64,000 nucleotides of DNA from Eledone cirrhosa (GCA_964016885.1 CAXHJY010001421.1:29260-93259); one strand, 5' to 3'. Counted from the first letter of the stretch, positions 43,314 through 57,412 are shown. The notes: generated from the letters alone by a model not told the origin. A program made the numbers and translations.

Positions 43314-43574
43314 GATATATATATATGTGCATGTAAGTATATATATAAATATATATGTATATATTATATATAGAGAGGGGGGGGGGAGAAATTATCATTG
43401 TAGAACATCTGATGTATATATTTTCAATTTTTCATATATAAGTTAATCAAGATTCCATATTTCCAGAAAGCAACAGCTTCCTTTAATCACCTCTTTTGGT
43501 CTCAACTCTGCATACCTTGATCTGCCAAGGAATAATGTGGACCTATAACTAGGAATAGTTGTATCATTAGTCCT

Positions 43575-44700
43575 TCATTCTCAGTCGAGGAGAGGGAGTC
43601 ACGGTTCTGGGACAGCATTCCTCACCATATGAGATGTCATCTGGTGTACCACAGGGATCTTGGCCCCCTTTTGTTTGTGGCATATATTAATGACATAGAT
43701 GCCAACTTAAAGAATGCCACAGTACTAAAGTGCGCAGATGACATCAAGCTGTACCTTGAGATAAAAAGGACAGATCCTGAACACTATAGATCTTGCTTGC
43801 AGTCTTATCTGGACACAATGCAACAATGGATCTCAGACTGGCAATTCAAGCTAGCTGTGGACAAGTGCACCAACATACATTTTGGGAGTAAAAACCCAGC
43901 GCCCACATACTCCCTCCACAACACTGATATCAAGAAGTCTTCTTGTGAATGTGACCTGGGCATTACGGTCAGCAGCGATTTGCGTTGGACGAAGCACGTC
44001 TCTAAAATTGTCAAGAGGGCCGAGGGTGTCTTAGCATCACTCAGCAAGACCTTTGTCAGCCGCTCTCCAGATATCTATTTAAGGCTGTATACAGCTATGG
44101 TGCGGCCACACTTAGAATTTGCATCACCAGTCTGGAACCCCTATCTTGCTCAGAACATTGACCGCCTGGAAACTGTTCAGAGACGTGCAACCAAGCGAAT
44201 ACCCTCCATCAGGCATCTACCATACTCTGAGCGCCTTGCTTCCCTGGGCATGGATTCATTGAAGCTTCAACGTCTGGCAATGGACTTGGTAAACACCCAC
44301 AAAATTGTTAACCATCTTGCCAACAACAACCCTGAGTACCTTTTTGATTTCCATGTGTCTAACATAGGTGGACATGCCCACAAAATCAGAAAACAGCACA
44401 GTTCCCATGACTTTCGGAAACATTTTTTCACACTCAGAGTTGCTGAAGCATGGAACAAACTACCTGCATCAGTTGTTGGCTGTCGAGACACTGCATCCTT
44501 TAAAACCTCCATGCTTCCTGAGATTCGCCAACACTACACCTAATGTTCCCCCTCCATACACATACACACATGTATATCATGACTCATACACTATTCACTT
44601 CCCTGACGTTTGTATATTATTCTATGTACTATACGTACACCTTTGACAAGTTGTAGTGCACCTGAGCACTTTACACAATAATTTCATTATTATTATTATA
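43575..44700 (+). mobile_element. CR1-clade LINE 3' part (RT C-terminus open to 44543), 3' UTR, (ATT)n tail
   Basis: LGPLLFVAYINDI, CADDIKL, LYTAMVRPHLEFASPVWNP, FFTLRVAEAWNKLP. Confidence 0.92.
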
Positions 44701-44701
44701 A

Positions 44702-44921
44702 CCCGAAGAGTTACATTTACATTACTATATATACTATTGTAGTTTTATGGTAAATGCTTTACCTAACATAATTATCTCACATATTGAATATATGAGATTT
44801 TGATGTTATTTATTTTGAGAACAATACCTTAACATCACTATGAGTGGCTGGTTACAGCCTGTTTGAACAAAAAGAGATAAGAAAATTCTGGCGAGATATG
44901 GCTGGTCTAAATGTTAATGGG
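44702..44921. mobile_element. piggyBac-type MITE, copy 3 (degenerate)
   Basis: Homologous to 4222-4442; right TTAA at 44922-44925. Confidence 0.75.
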
Positions 44922-45094
44922 TTAATGGCCAACTAAGTAACATCTAGGATGCACTAAACATCTTGATCTACCAAGGAATAATGTGGACCTATAACCAGGG
45001 ATGGTGCTACTATTAAGGCTTACTAGGTTGCACTATGCATCTAGATCTACAGAGGAATACTGTATATATGTATATGTGTATAGAATTCTAGAAA

Positions 45095-45475
45095 ACTGTA
45101 AATGTGGTTGGTGTTAGGAAGGGCATCCAGCTGTAGAAAACCCGCCAGACAGTCCTATGCGAGCAAGACAACCACTCTTGCCTCAAGTGGGAAAATCCCG
45201 TCCAAACCTATGCAAGCGTGGAAGATGGACGTTAAACGATGATGATGATGATGAAAACCGAAACAACTCTTTTATGGAGAGTTAGTTAAAGGAAAACGAC
45301 CTCCACATAAACCTAAAAAGAGGTATAAGGATTCATTGAAAGCCTCTTTGAAAGACGCTAACAGCTCTGCTGATACATGGAAAAGCATAGCTGCTGATTG
45401 TAATAAATGGAGAAAGACTGTACATGAGGGGAAAGTTGCCTTTGAAGCATCTTTGAAAAGTACTTTGAAGTGAAT
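45095..45475 (+). mobile_element. RTE tail followed by a BovB-like RTE C-terminal fragment
   Basis: PKQLFYGELVKGKRPPHKPKKRYKDSLK..W. Confidence 0.8.
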
Positions 45476-46162
45476 GTGACCCAACGGGTCATGAGTGGTC
45501 TATATATATATATAAGAATAACAATAAGAAAGATTCTGTGATTACACACTACGAATGTGGAGAGCTTTCTCCTGCTTACTCCTGTTTTTACAAAAACAAA
45601 TTTTTTACTGAACATATATATATACACACACACACACATATATATATACTTATGTACATATGTGTATCACTATGTATGTATGGATATTTATATGTATCTA
45701 TGTGTGTATATCTCTAGGTATGTACATGTGTATGTACTATATATGTATGTGTGTATATATGTATGTATATGGTACAATAGGACAAAGTACTCAGTCATAC
45801 AGTAAACATTATATAATTGAATATCCTATCACAGAATCCAAATCTCAGTTACATGAGACACAGTGAGATGTTCCTACCCCACCACCACCACTGCTTTCTA
45901 TTTCCTTACTCATTGTCATCATCATCGTCATCATCAGCATCATAATCATCATCATCATTATCATCATCATCATCATTTCATCATCATCCTTATTATCGTC
46001 ATTTTCATCATCTTCCTCATCATCATTGTCTGCAACATCATCATCATTGTCATCATCATTATCATCACTGTCATCATTAACATCATCATCATCATCATTA
46101 TCCTTACCAACACCACCAATACCACCACCATCACCATCATCCTCAACACCACCACCACTATC

Positions 46163-46194
<32 letters not shown>

Positions 46195-46210
46195 CACCAC
46201 CACCACGACC

Positions 46211-46244
<34 letters not shown>

Positions 46245-46689
46245 CCACCACCACGACCACCACCACCACCACCATCATCATCATCAACACCATCATTTTC
46301 ATCACCACCACCATCATATCATCATCAATATCATCCTCACCACCACCACTATCGCCATCATCATTATGACTAGCATAATCATCACAAACGTCATTAGTGA
46401 CAAAAAGTATAAAGGAAAAATTGAACCACAGTATTTAACTGGTACTTTAGTTTACCAACCTCAAAAGGACGAAGTGGATCTTTATATATATATATCTCTA
46501 TCTAAATATATTGAAGTGAAATAGTTAAATTTTAATTTAAAAAATTAAAATTTAACTCTTTCAGTTCCTTATATTTCTTTTATGATATCAATTTAATTTT
46601 TACCAGAATAACCAAGAATTTTGACAGATTCAGTAAAGTTACAAATTTCATCTTCTTCTGCCCCTCCTCCTCTCCTCCTCCTCCTCCTC

Positions 46690-46980
46690 CTCTTCGCAGA
46701 GTCCTCAAACATTCTTTCCAGCAGGTCCTGTCAGAAGCAACTGTCTCCAACTGGATCCCCAAACTCATGGATGTTATCCAACCATCTTGCTCAAGGTCTA
46801 CCCTGGGTTTCCTGCCTTTTGGTTTTGTCAGTAAATCTGTCCAGCAATTCTTTCCTGAGACATTCTAACCACATGCCCACAGTACCGGAGCAGTGATTTC
46901 TCAATTTGGAGAAGTGGCGGCTGTTCCACAAGTGACTCTCATCTCAGAGCTACGCACTCTATTGAGTAATGTTACTCCAA
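46690..46980 (-). pseudogene. RTE C-terminal fragment
   Basis: Minus frame IEKSLLRYCGHVVRMSQER. Confidence 0.7.
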
Positions 46981-47302
46981 ATAACTAACTTGATTAACAA
47001 ACTTTTCTTACATAAAATTATGATGGAAGGTTTAAGTTTGAATGCAAAACACTTTAAAATAAATGGCGTTTTATCAGAAAACCAGCGCTACTTTCAGGCA
47101 CCTTGTTAAAGAACCACAACAAATACTGCAACTGTGTTTTGCCTGATCCTCTGGTGATTCTGTTTTATTTATCGATCAAACAGTTGACAAGATCCCAGAC
47201 CTCATTCACTTATTGAATTCATCAAATTGGACCAAGGATACTAAGTCTCCATTGGTCTTTCCATTGCTGATATTATCCGCAGGTCATAACTCCTGACAGA
47301 TG

Positions 47303-47368
<66 letters not shown>

Positions 47369-47515
47369 ATATATTGTTATACTTGGGGAGGGTCATATTG
47401 TTATAATATTGCCAGAAATATATATATATATGTGTGTGTGTGTATATATATATATATGTGTGTGTGTATATATATATGTTTATATATATATGTTTATATA
47501 TATATGTATATATAT

Positions 47516-47911
47516 ATGTATGAAAAAGGTAAACAGAAATAACAACACAATCGGTACAATATATGGAAGGAATATATTAGGTTAACGCTTGAAATAGCAG
47601 GAAGAGGGTCTTAACGTTTCGGATGCTAGTCCTATTCTTTCTTCTGATGAAGGACGAGTGTCTAAAACGTTAAGACCCTCTTACTGCTATTTCAAGCGTT
47701 AACCTAATATATACCTTCCATATATTGTACCGATTGTGTTGTTATTTCTATTTACCTTTTACATACATATATATATATCAACGCTTACGTGGATCTCTCA
47801 AAATTCGTTGGATTTTCTAATTTGATTTTCACCTTGAAACTGGATACCAACCCGGAGTACACCTGAACTTCCACCAGGAGATCTTTTGTATCATTGAAGT
47901 TTTCTTTGCTT

Positions 47912-47915
<4 letters not shown>
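47516..47915 (+). mobile_element. Fold-back element (~115-bp arms) with a minimal hammerhead plus a tail
   Basis: tctt-CTGATGA(47644)-aggac/gagt/gtct-aAAA-cg-TT-aaga; the other arm keeps CCGAAACGTT; tail has CCGGAGTAC. Confidence 0.78.
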
Positions 47916-47992
<77 letters not shown>

Positions 47993-48208
47993 GTTAAAAA
48001 TGTACATCTACATATGCATACTGAAATACTAGTGTGTATATGAATACACACACGTATACATATGCAGATGTAACAAGTCTTTCACTGGTTGCTTTACTGT
48101 GAGCAACCCAGCTATTCTGTATGTAAACACACAGACAAACCGGTTTTTAGAGTCATACTGGTTTTCGAGGAAACACCTTCCCTCTATTCTCCAGAAAGCC
48201 AGACAAGG

Positions 48209-48253
48209 AATATTGAACTAGTTTCGTTGTTGTTACAACTCATCAGCAATATT
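48209..48253 (-). ncRNA. Intact type I hammerhead ribozyme
   Basis: Exact reverse complement of 48720-48764. Confidence 0.88.
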
Positions 48254-48719
48254 TACCTATCTACCGGCCTTTCTGGAGAATTGTAAAAGCACATATCGTT
48301 ATATGCTTTTTCTATGAAAATTAGTAGTGGGCAGACTAATTTGCATAGAGTGTGAGTACGCACCGGTTTGTCTGTGTGTTTACATACAGAATAGCTGGGT
48401 TGCTCACAGTAAAGCAACCAGTGAAAGACTTGTTGCATCTGCATATGTATACGTGTGTGTATTCATATACACACTAGTATTTCAGTATGCATATGTAGAT
48501 GTACATTTTTAACTTAATTGTTTAAGCGTCAGTCATACAAAAGTGAGTTACAAACGAAACGAAATTTAATTTCGTTTCGTTATTTGTTTTTATCGTCTCC
48601 GCTGAACCGGTGCGTACTCACACTCTATGCAAATTAGTCTGCCCACTACTAATTTTCATAGAAAAAGCATATAACGATATGTGCTTTTACAATTCTCCAG
48701 AAAGGCCGGTAGATAGGTA

Positions 48720-48764
48720 AATATTGCTGATGAGTTGTAACAACAACGAAACTAGTTCAATATT
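48720..48764 (+). ncRNA. Intact type I hammerhead ribozyme
   Basis: aatattg-CTGATGA-gttgt/aaca/acaac-GAAA-ctag-TT-caatatt: perfect stems I and II, palindromic stem III, GUU site. Confidence 0.88.
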
Positions 48765-49125
48765 CCTTGTCTGGCTTTCTGGAGAATAGAGGGAAGGTGT
48801 TTCCTCGAAAACCAGTATGACTCTAAAAACCGGTTTGTCTGTGTGTTTACATACAGAATAGCTGGGTTGCTCACAGTAAAGCAACCAGTGAAAGACTTGT
48901 TACATCTGCATATGTATACGTGTGTGTATTCATATACACACTAGTATTTCAGTATGCATATGTAGATGTACATTTTTAACTTAATTGTTTAAGCGTCAGT
49001 CATACAAAAGTGAGTTACAAACGAAACGAAATTTAATTTCGTTTCGTTATTTGTTTTTATATATATATATATACAAGCAGGGAAAAGCGGACGTAAAATG
49101 ATGATGATGATGATATCATCATTTT

Positions 49126-49510
49126 ATCATCATCATCATTTTATGTCCGCTTTTCCCTGCTTGCAAGGGTGGGACGGGAACTGATTCTGGCTTGATTTCT
49201 ACAGCTGGATGCCCTTCCTAACACCAACCTCATTTACAGTGAGTGCTGGGTGCTTTTCTGCCATGGCGCCTACACGTCCACTTTACAGTGTGGGCTGCGT
49301 GCTTTTTTGCCATGGCACCTCCACAACCACTTTGTAGTGGAATGATAGGGAGCCCAGTCCTATCATCTCATTTCTACAGCTGAGTAAACTGGAGCAATGT
49401 GAAATAAAGTGTCTTGCTCAAGGAAACAACACATCACCCGGTCTGAGAATTGAACTCACAATCTTTCGATTGCAAGGCCAATGCTCTAACCACTAAGCCA
49501 TGTGCCTCCA
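49126..49510 (-). mobile_element. SINE family B
   Basis: Full-length match to 11544 and 25247 copies. Confidence 0.9.
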
Positions 49511-49690
49511 TGATATATATACATATATATATATATGTATAGGTAGTAGAAGTGCAAATGAATTGGGTCCGCAGGCAGTATACCAAGATGAGCAGTTGAA
49601 GATCATGGGGAGCAGAGTATCAGCCTAAAATAACAAATCAGATGTTTAACAATTCAACTACACTTGGACGTGCATCTACATGTGAGAACA

Positions 49691-49800
49691 CATATCTGAA
49701 GAGCTTTCGATTCCAGAGTCAGGATTGAACATTAATCGATCGTTCCTCGAGCTGTTCGGCAGTGAAACATATTTAATTTGTAATTAAATATGTAAATGAT
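49691..49800 (+). ncRNA. Hammerhead-like motif with a long stem III
   Basis: CTGAAGA 49696, GAAA 49764, catatttaatt/tgt/aattaaatatg, TA; stem I weak. Confidence 0.55.
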
Positions 49801-49831
49801 GCAATACTGATTCTTTGTCTCCTTTTAATAT

Positions 49832-49863
<32 letters not shown>

Positions 49864-50031
49864 ACACATCATTGATTGACAAGATAACAGACCTCATACA
49901 CTTACCAAATGTGTTGGAACTTGTGAAATCGGACCAAGGAAGCAATGTTTCCATTAGTCTTTCTATTTCTGATTCTACCTATCAGTTGTAACTCCTGGCA
50001 GATATCAGTTGGATATAGAACAGTTGATTAA

Positions 50032-50256
50032 CCCTTTAGCATTTACATTACTGTATATATACTATTGTATTTTCACATAATTACCTCACATAATTATCTC
50101 ACATAATTATCTCACATAATATTGAATCTATGAGATTTTGATGTCATTTATTTTCAGAATATCTTAACATCAGTGTGTGGGACCAGTTACGGCTGGTTTC
50201 AACAGAAAGAGGTGAGAGAATTCTGGCCAGATATGGCCTGTTTAAATGCTAAAGGG
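50032..50256. mobile_element. piggyBac-type MITE, copy 4
   Basis: TTAA at both ends; perfect TIR CCCTTTAGCATTTA / TAAATGCTAAAGGG. Confidence 0.9.
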
Positions 50257-51449
50257 TTAAATAACAATCTGTTGTCATCTTTATATCAATTGCAGAGCAG
50301 CAAAAAGCAAAGTTGAACTGCAAGACAGAAAAAATACTGCAAGGTATTTTGGTACAACATTCTAGTACTTCTGATAATCCACTGCCACAGGAGGAGGAGG
50401 GGGTGGGGAGAAGAAGAAGAAGATTTTTTTGTGATCTTTAAGGTGACATTTAGAAAATAGTTCATCAGACATGAGGGGAGGGAAGTAGGGGGGGAATAAA
50501 AATATCACAAGAGAAATAATAAAAAAAAATGATATATTTAAATATATTTTTCTGTTTTTGTTCTTAATATTACTGGTGGTGGTGGCGGCGTTGGTGGTGA
50601 TAGTGGTGGTGGTGGTGGTAGTGTGTCTCGAGGGAAAGTACTAGGAGAGTCTATAAGCAGAATCAGTAAAGCAACGGTTTATTTTCTGAGGCCAGCATTG
50701 TCTTTTATACTTTTGGAATCATTATCATCATCAACAACAGCAGCATTTAATGTCAATCTTCCATGCTGGCATGGAAGCACTTAATCAGATCTATTGACCT
50801 CTCAGATGGGCATTCCACCACTTTACAGAGTGTACTGGGTGTATTTTATCATGGCACGTTCGCTAGAGAGATTGTCATGTCCTTAAAACAACTTGAGAGA
50901 TCTCAAAACTCTTTGTTTAGTACAGTTTCTATGACTGGATGTCCTTCCTAATACCAGCCACTTTACAGAGTATACTGGGTGCATTTTATCGTGACACCAT
51001 CACTAGAGAGATTGTCATGTCCTTGACACAACTGAAGAAACTACTCAACTTTATATTTGGCAATTAAATAAAGTAGTGAGGTATTCTTACTACACCCAAT
51101 GTGTGTCCTTGTATTTCTCTCAGAAACCAATATAGTCGAGTGTGGTGGTGAGGTGGTGCAAATGAATCTATATAGGTATGTATGTATGTCTCCTTTTTGG
51201 GTAGTGTTTTCAATGTTCAGAGGGTGGGATTGGTCGAGTGCAAGGCCTTTCCCCAGTTAAAAAAAATTCAAAGCACAGGCATTGCTTGTTCAGGTTATGT
51301 TACTGGTTCATGTAGCTGGCCATAGCCTAAAGGTGCACCATTTTCTGTAATCTGACAAGTGATTGCAGTACTCTTAGCAGAGTTTGCAGCCATCATGTAT
51401 GTATGTATGTATGTATGTATGTATGTATGTATGTATGTATGTATGTATA

Positions 51450-54181
51450 GTCTTCTGCTTTTATTATTTTATAAACAAGACTCCTTCATTGGAATTTAGA
51501 CAGCATCATCTGTAAAACATGTATACACATATTTATTAGAATGTTGTTGAAGTGTGTATATATTTTGGGGGGACACTCTGTATATATATATATGTGTGTG
51601 TGTGGATCTGTATGTTTTGAGTTATATGTTTTGCATATGTTTATGTGTCTATATATGTATATATGCAGTTATTACATGCTGAATTTCACAAATGTTTAAC
51701 AGTTCTATTAATTAATTGTACTTGCAGCTCCCTAACTAGCCACACCCTTTCTGGTTCTGTGAAATCCAGCTTCTTAAGATTTGTACTAAGGGAGCTAATA
51801 ACATATCCCAGAGCCTCATGTACCACAGGTATAAATCTAAAGGTATGGTCAGAGTGGAGTATCTGCAGATTCTCCATTAGTTCAGCATAAATGTTCTCTT
51901 TTTCACAAATCTTTAGCATTATATTGACATCTGCTGAGCAGCTGATTTTCACTATTGTGCATGCCTTCTCTTCTCTGTCTCATTATCACTATGACTGATC
52001 TATCATGTTTGGATTTTGTGTGGGTTTGACTGGAATATTCCACCAATACTCTTTCATATTATGTATGCATATTTCCTCCACATCACTGTAATTTTTTACA
52101 CGCCTATTCTCAGGACTATCCTTTCTACAGATTGCATTGTATAGTGTTTTGGCCACTATCAAGTAGATAGTACCGTGATGATATATTTGAACAGCTGCTT
52201 ATGACATGGGTGACATCTTCAATGTTTATTCTCAGAGTCAGCATCTGTTGTCACATCCAGGTGTTTACCTGCATCCCTACCCCTTTTGTGCATTAGGTAT
52301 TTTGTTGTTATTTCCTGTTCTCGGACTCAAAAAGCATATCCTTCAAAGTAAGAAACAATATAGCAGTTACTGATCCAAGATAGACTACTTTGCTTATTTA
52401 AATTACTCTCACTTTGAAGCTTTCTGGCAACATGGCCATACATGTTCTTATTTTTTGAAAAGCATGCAAATTTCCATCCATGGGTTTGTTGCAGTATTAT
52501 TGTTCAATTTCCCTGGATGTGAGTTTTTGGTTGTCATGCAGTGAGTATTTCTCAAGGAGCTCCTTTACAGCTCTCATGATGTTATCTCCTTCACATAGAC
52601 AGACTTGTTCTATACATGGGCTTCTATGCTTAGTGGTGTGTAGATGTTGGAGGGGTATGATGTTATTTGGACTGATGTTAAGCCTCCGTCTCCCTGTTGA
52701 CATTTCAGGTTGACACGGTTTATGTCACTGTTGATGTGGAAATTTCCTGTGCTGGTTAGAACTTTGGGGGTTTTAACATCAATAGATCAGGCTTCATCTA
52801 CCGCCCAGTCAAGTAATCCAAATGTGGGTGACAGCACAGGTACAGCAAACACATTGTGGACCACTGACATATTGTGTGGAGAGAGTTCTGAAGATCATAT
52901 TTTTCTTATTTGGGTGTGATATTCCATGGTTACTCATTCCTTGTTACAAATTCCATCACAGAATATTTTTTCATCTATCCCTAGGTATCAGTAGCAGTCC
53001 TAGAGATAGAGATGTTGCTAGATTGGCTTGTAGATTTTTCTCACTTTACAATCATATAGTAACATTTATCCTGGCCAAACTCCATTCTTATATGTACATA
53101 TATATGTATGTTCTTCTGGTTTTATAATTTTATAAATTTTTACCAATAGAGAGAGAGAGCCAGTTTCTAACATATATACAAGACTCTCTCATTGGAATTT
53201 AAACAATATCAACTAGGTAGATATGTATGCATGCCTGCATGCATGTGTGTGCAGATATGAATGTTATTGTATGTGTGGAAGTGTATGTTTTGAGTTATAT
53301 GTGTACATGTGCATATGGTTTGTATCTGTACAAGTGTATATGCAGTTATTCGATGCAGAATTTTTGGAATGTTTTACCCATTTTTACTGTTCCATTAATG
53401 GATTGTACTTGTGATTACCTAACTAGTCGTGTTCTTTCTGTTTCTGTGAAGCCCGGCTTCTCAAGATTTGTATTGAGGCAGTTACTAACATATCCCAGTG
53501 CCCCAATAATCACAGGTGTAAATCTGAAGGTATAGTCGGGATGGAGTATCTGCATACATATGTATGTATGTGTATATGTATGTGTATATGAATGCATGAA
53601 TATATGTATGTATGCATGTATGTATGTATGTGTGCTTGTATATATGAATATATGTATGTATGTATGAATATATGTATGTATGAATATATGTATGTATGCA
53701 TGTATGTATGTGTGCTTGTATATATGAATATATGTTCTTCTGGTTTTAAAATTTCACAAATTTTTTCCCAATAGAGAGAGAGTCGGTTTCTAACATAGAC
53801 ACAAGACTCTCTCATTGGAATTTACACAACATCAACTAGGTAGATTATGCATGCATCTACACATGTAGATATGGATGTTATTGTATGCGTGGATGTGTAT
53901 GTTTTGAGTTGTATGTGTGCATGTGTATATGCTTTGTATCTGTACATGTGTATATACAGTTATTAGATGCAAAATTTTTGGAATGTTTTACATATTTTTA
54001 CTGTATTGGATTGTACTTGTAATTTCCTAACTAGTTGTGTTCTTTCTGTTCCTGTGAAGCCCAGCTTCTCAAGATTTGTATTGAGGCAGTTACTAACATA
54101 CCCCAGTGCCCCAATATTCATAGGCATAAATCTGAAGGTGTAATCAGAGTGGAGTGTCTGCAGATTTCTCATCAGTTCTGC

Positions 54182-54182
<1 letters not shown>
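51450..54182 (-). mobile_element. Three tandem R4/Dong 3' fragments (51450-53090, 53110-53553, 53735-54182) separated by (TATG)n
   Basis: Each encodes variants of YAELM.NLQILH.DYTFRF.P..GALGYV and shares the 3' UTR of 17268-17477. Confidence 0.88.
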
Positions 54183-54212
<30 letters not shown>

Positions 54213-54228
54213 TGTATGTATGTATATA

Positions 54229-54743
54229 GGTTTCTTGGTGAGGAGGGTGACTTTGGACATCCTGCAGGACAAAAAAAAAACCTGTCAAAGGCCAAAGGAG
54301 CTCTTAAGAGTCAATGGCCATCCAAAATCACCAGGAGACATGACCCCTTAGCTTTTGTCAAGGCAGAATTCTAGGAGAAGGAAAACTCTGATATAACACC
54401 TGCAGCCTTGATGGTATCCAATGATGTTGACTTGTTCTTCTTTTTGGTAAATATCATCTTGGTTAAGAGAGTGGGACTGGCTTTGTGCAGTGCCTTTGCT
54501 CACTATAAAAGCTTCACGGCACAGGCATTGCTTTATATCTGGAGATCTCTCTGCACTTGTCATCACATGGTACCATGGGCCCAGCACTATGTGTCAATAA
54601 TTGTCACAAGTGTAGTGTTTGTACCAGAGTTTTCAAGTCGCTGGCTGGACTAAAATGTCACACTCGTTCAGCACATCAGTAGGGGTTCTCCTACATGGAT
54701 ATAAAGTAGTGGCCGTACTCGAAAACGAGTTGGCAGCCACCAT
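54229..54743 (+). mobile_element. Non-autonomous RTE-derived element ending GAGTTGGCAGCCACCATGT
   Basis: Homologous to 17536-18098; related partial copies at about 35300-35570 (minus) and 51190-51396 (plus). Confidence 0.65.
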
Positions 54744-55497
54744 GTGTGCTTGTATATATGAATATAAATATGTATGCATGTATGTATGTGTGCTTGTATA
54801 TATGAATATTTGTATGTATGTATGAATATATGTATGTATGTATGTATGTATGAATATATGTATGTATGTATGTATGTATGCACATATGTACATAAATCCA
54901 TGTGTAACCACACATAAATACAGTTGGATACATATCTCTTCGTCAACATCATTTTAATTTTCAAAGAGGTACATATGTGTGTGTGTGTGTGTGTGTGTGT
55001 AGATGTGTGTGTATATATATACACACATACACAGTCACACACAGTAACACATACAGTCACACACACACAATTATACATATAGTCACACATGTAAAATCAC
55101 ACATTCACACACACACACACACAGTCACACACACACACCCACACAGTCACACACATGAAGTCACAGCCACACACACACACACAGTCACACAGTCACACAC
55201 ACACACCCACACAGTCACACACATGCAGTCACAGCCACACAGACACACACACACAGTCACACACACACAGTCACACAGTCACACAGTCACACAGTCACAC
55301 AGTCACACACACACACACAGTCACACACACACACATATATATACACACACGCACGCTCACATACACACACACGCACACAGTCACACACACACACACACAA
55401 AGTCACACACACACACAGTCACACACACACACACTCACACACACACACACAGTCACACACACAAACAGTCACACAGACACACACAGTCACACACACA

Positions 55498-55839
55498 CAG
55501 TCACACATAAAGAGGAAACAGTGAGAGAAAGAGAGCTACATAAATGTAAAGACACACACACACTCACACACACAGTCACACACACACACACACATACATA
55601 CACATTCACACATAAAGAGGAAACAGTGAGAGAGAGAGGGACATAGATGTAAAGACACACACACACACACACACAGTCACACACACACACACACACACAC
55701 AGTCACACATAAAGAGGAAACAGTGAGAGAAAGAGCTACATAGATGTAAAGACACACACACACTCACACACACAGTCACACACACACACAGTCACACATA
55801 AAGAGGAAACAGTGAGAGAAAGAGATACATAGATGTAAA

Positions 55840-55875
<36 letters not shown>

Positions 55876-56106
55876 CACACATAAAGAGGAAACAGTGAGA
55901 GAAAGAGAGCTACATAGATGTAAAGACACACACACACACACAGTCACACACACACACACACAGTCACACATAAAGAGGAAACAGTGAGAGAAAGAGCTAC
56001 ATAGATGTAAAGACACACACACACACACACACAGTCACACACACACACACACACACAGTCACACATAAAGAGGAAACAGTGAGAGAAAGAGCTACATAGA
56101 TGTAAA

Positions 56107-56140
<34 letters not shown>

Positions 56141-56238
56141 CACACACACACACACACACACACACAGTCACACATAAAGAGGAAACAGTGAGAGAAAGAG
56201 CTACATAGATGTAAAGACACACACATACACACACACAG

Positions 56239-56293
<55 letters not shown>

Positions 56294-56345
56294 CACACAT
56301 AAAGAGGAAACAGTGAGAGAAAGAGAGCTACATAGATGTAAAGAC
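55498..56345. repeat. Minisatellite: ~45-bp core (cacataaagaggaaacagtgagagaaagagctacatagatgtaaaga) with (CA)n spacers
   Basis: About 9 cores. Confidence 0.92.
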
Positions 56346-56644
56346 TGTTAAACAAATTCAAAGATTCTTTGAATTTTCCCAAATATTTTGAAAACAACAA
56401 TGACAAATCCAGACACTTGCAATATATACACACATATATTTATATATATATATATATATACATACACATTCACACACACACATATATATATATATACATA
56501 CACATTCACACACACACACATATATATACATATTCACACACACACACATATATATATATATATACATACACATTCACACACACACACACATATATATATA
56601 CATACACATTCACACACACACATATATATACATATACATCACAG

Positions 56645-56698
<54 letters not shown>

Positions 56699-57379
56699 GG
56701 ATATATATTCACAGACTTATATTTACATGTACACAGCGCACACATATACACACAGCACACACATACACAATAGACACAATACACACAGCACACACATACA
56801 CACCACACACATATATACACACCACACACATACACAACAGACACATATACACAACATACACATACACACAGCACACACATACACAACAGACACATACACA
56901 ACACAGCACACACATACACAACACAGCACACACATACACAACAGACACATATACACACAGCACACACATACACAATAGACACATATACACACAGCACACA
57001 CATACACAACAGACACATATACACACAGCACACACATACACAATAGACACATACACAACACAGCACACACACATACACAACAGACACACATACACACAGC
57101 ACACACATACACAACACAGCACACACACATACACAATAGACACATATACACACAGCACACACACATACACAACAGACACATATACACACAGCACACACAA
57201 CGCAGCACATCACAACACAGACAACACCCACACAACACATAGACAACATAAACAATTATTAGAAACATCACAAACAACTTTAGTTAGTCTAATTATTCAC
57301 TAATTACTACACTAATTGTGAAACTAATTACTATATATCAAATCATAATTAATTACTTTGTTTGATTTATTTATGTTTG

Positions 57380-57412
<33 letters not shown>

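Larger units (their letters stand above)
47987..49060. mobile_element. Young retrozyme/Penelope-like element: 467-bp monomer, 1.5 tandem copies plus a 381-bp inverted copy
   Basis: 48362-48593 = 48829-49060 (1 mismatch seen); 47987-48367 = reverse complement of 48606-48986; flanked by (TA)n. Confidence 0.85.

Noticed and set aside
48089-48884. Identical 65-aa ORFs on opposite strands
   Set aside because: By-product of the inverted duplication; no recognisable protein
55498-56345. CRISPR-like constant repeat with variable spacers
   Set aside because: Spacers are (CA)n of variable length, there are no cas genes, and the context is eukaryotic
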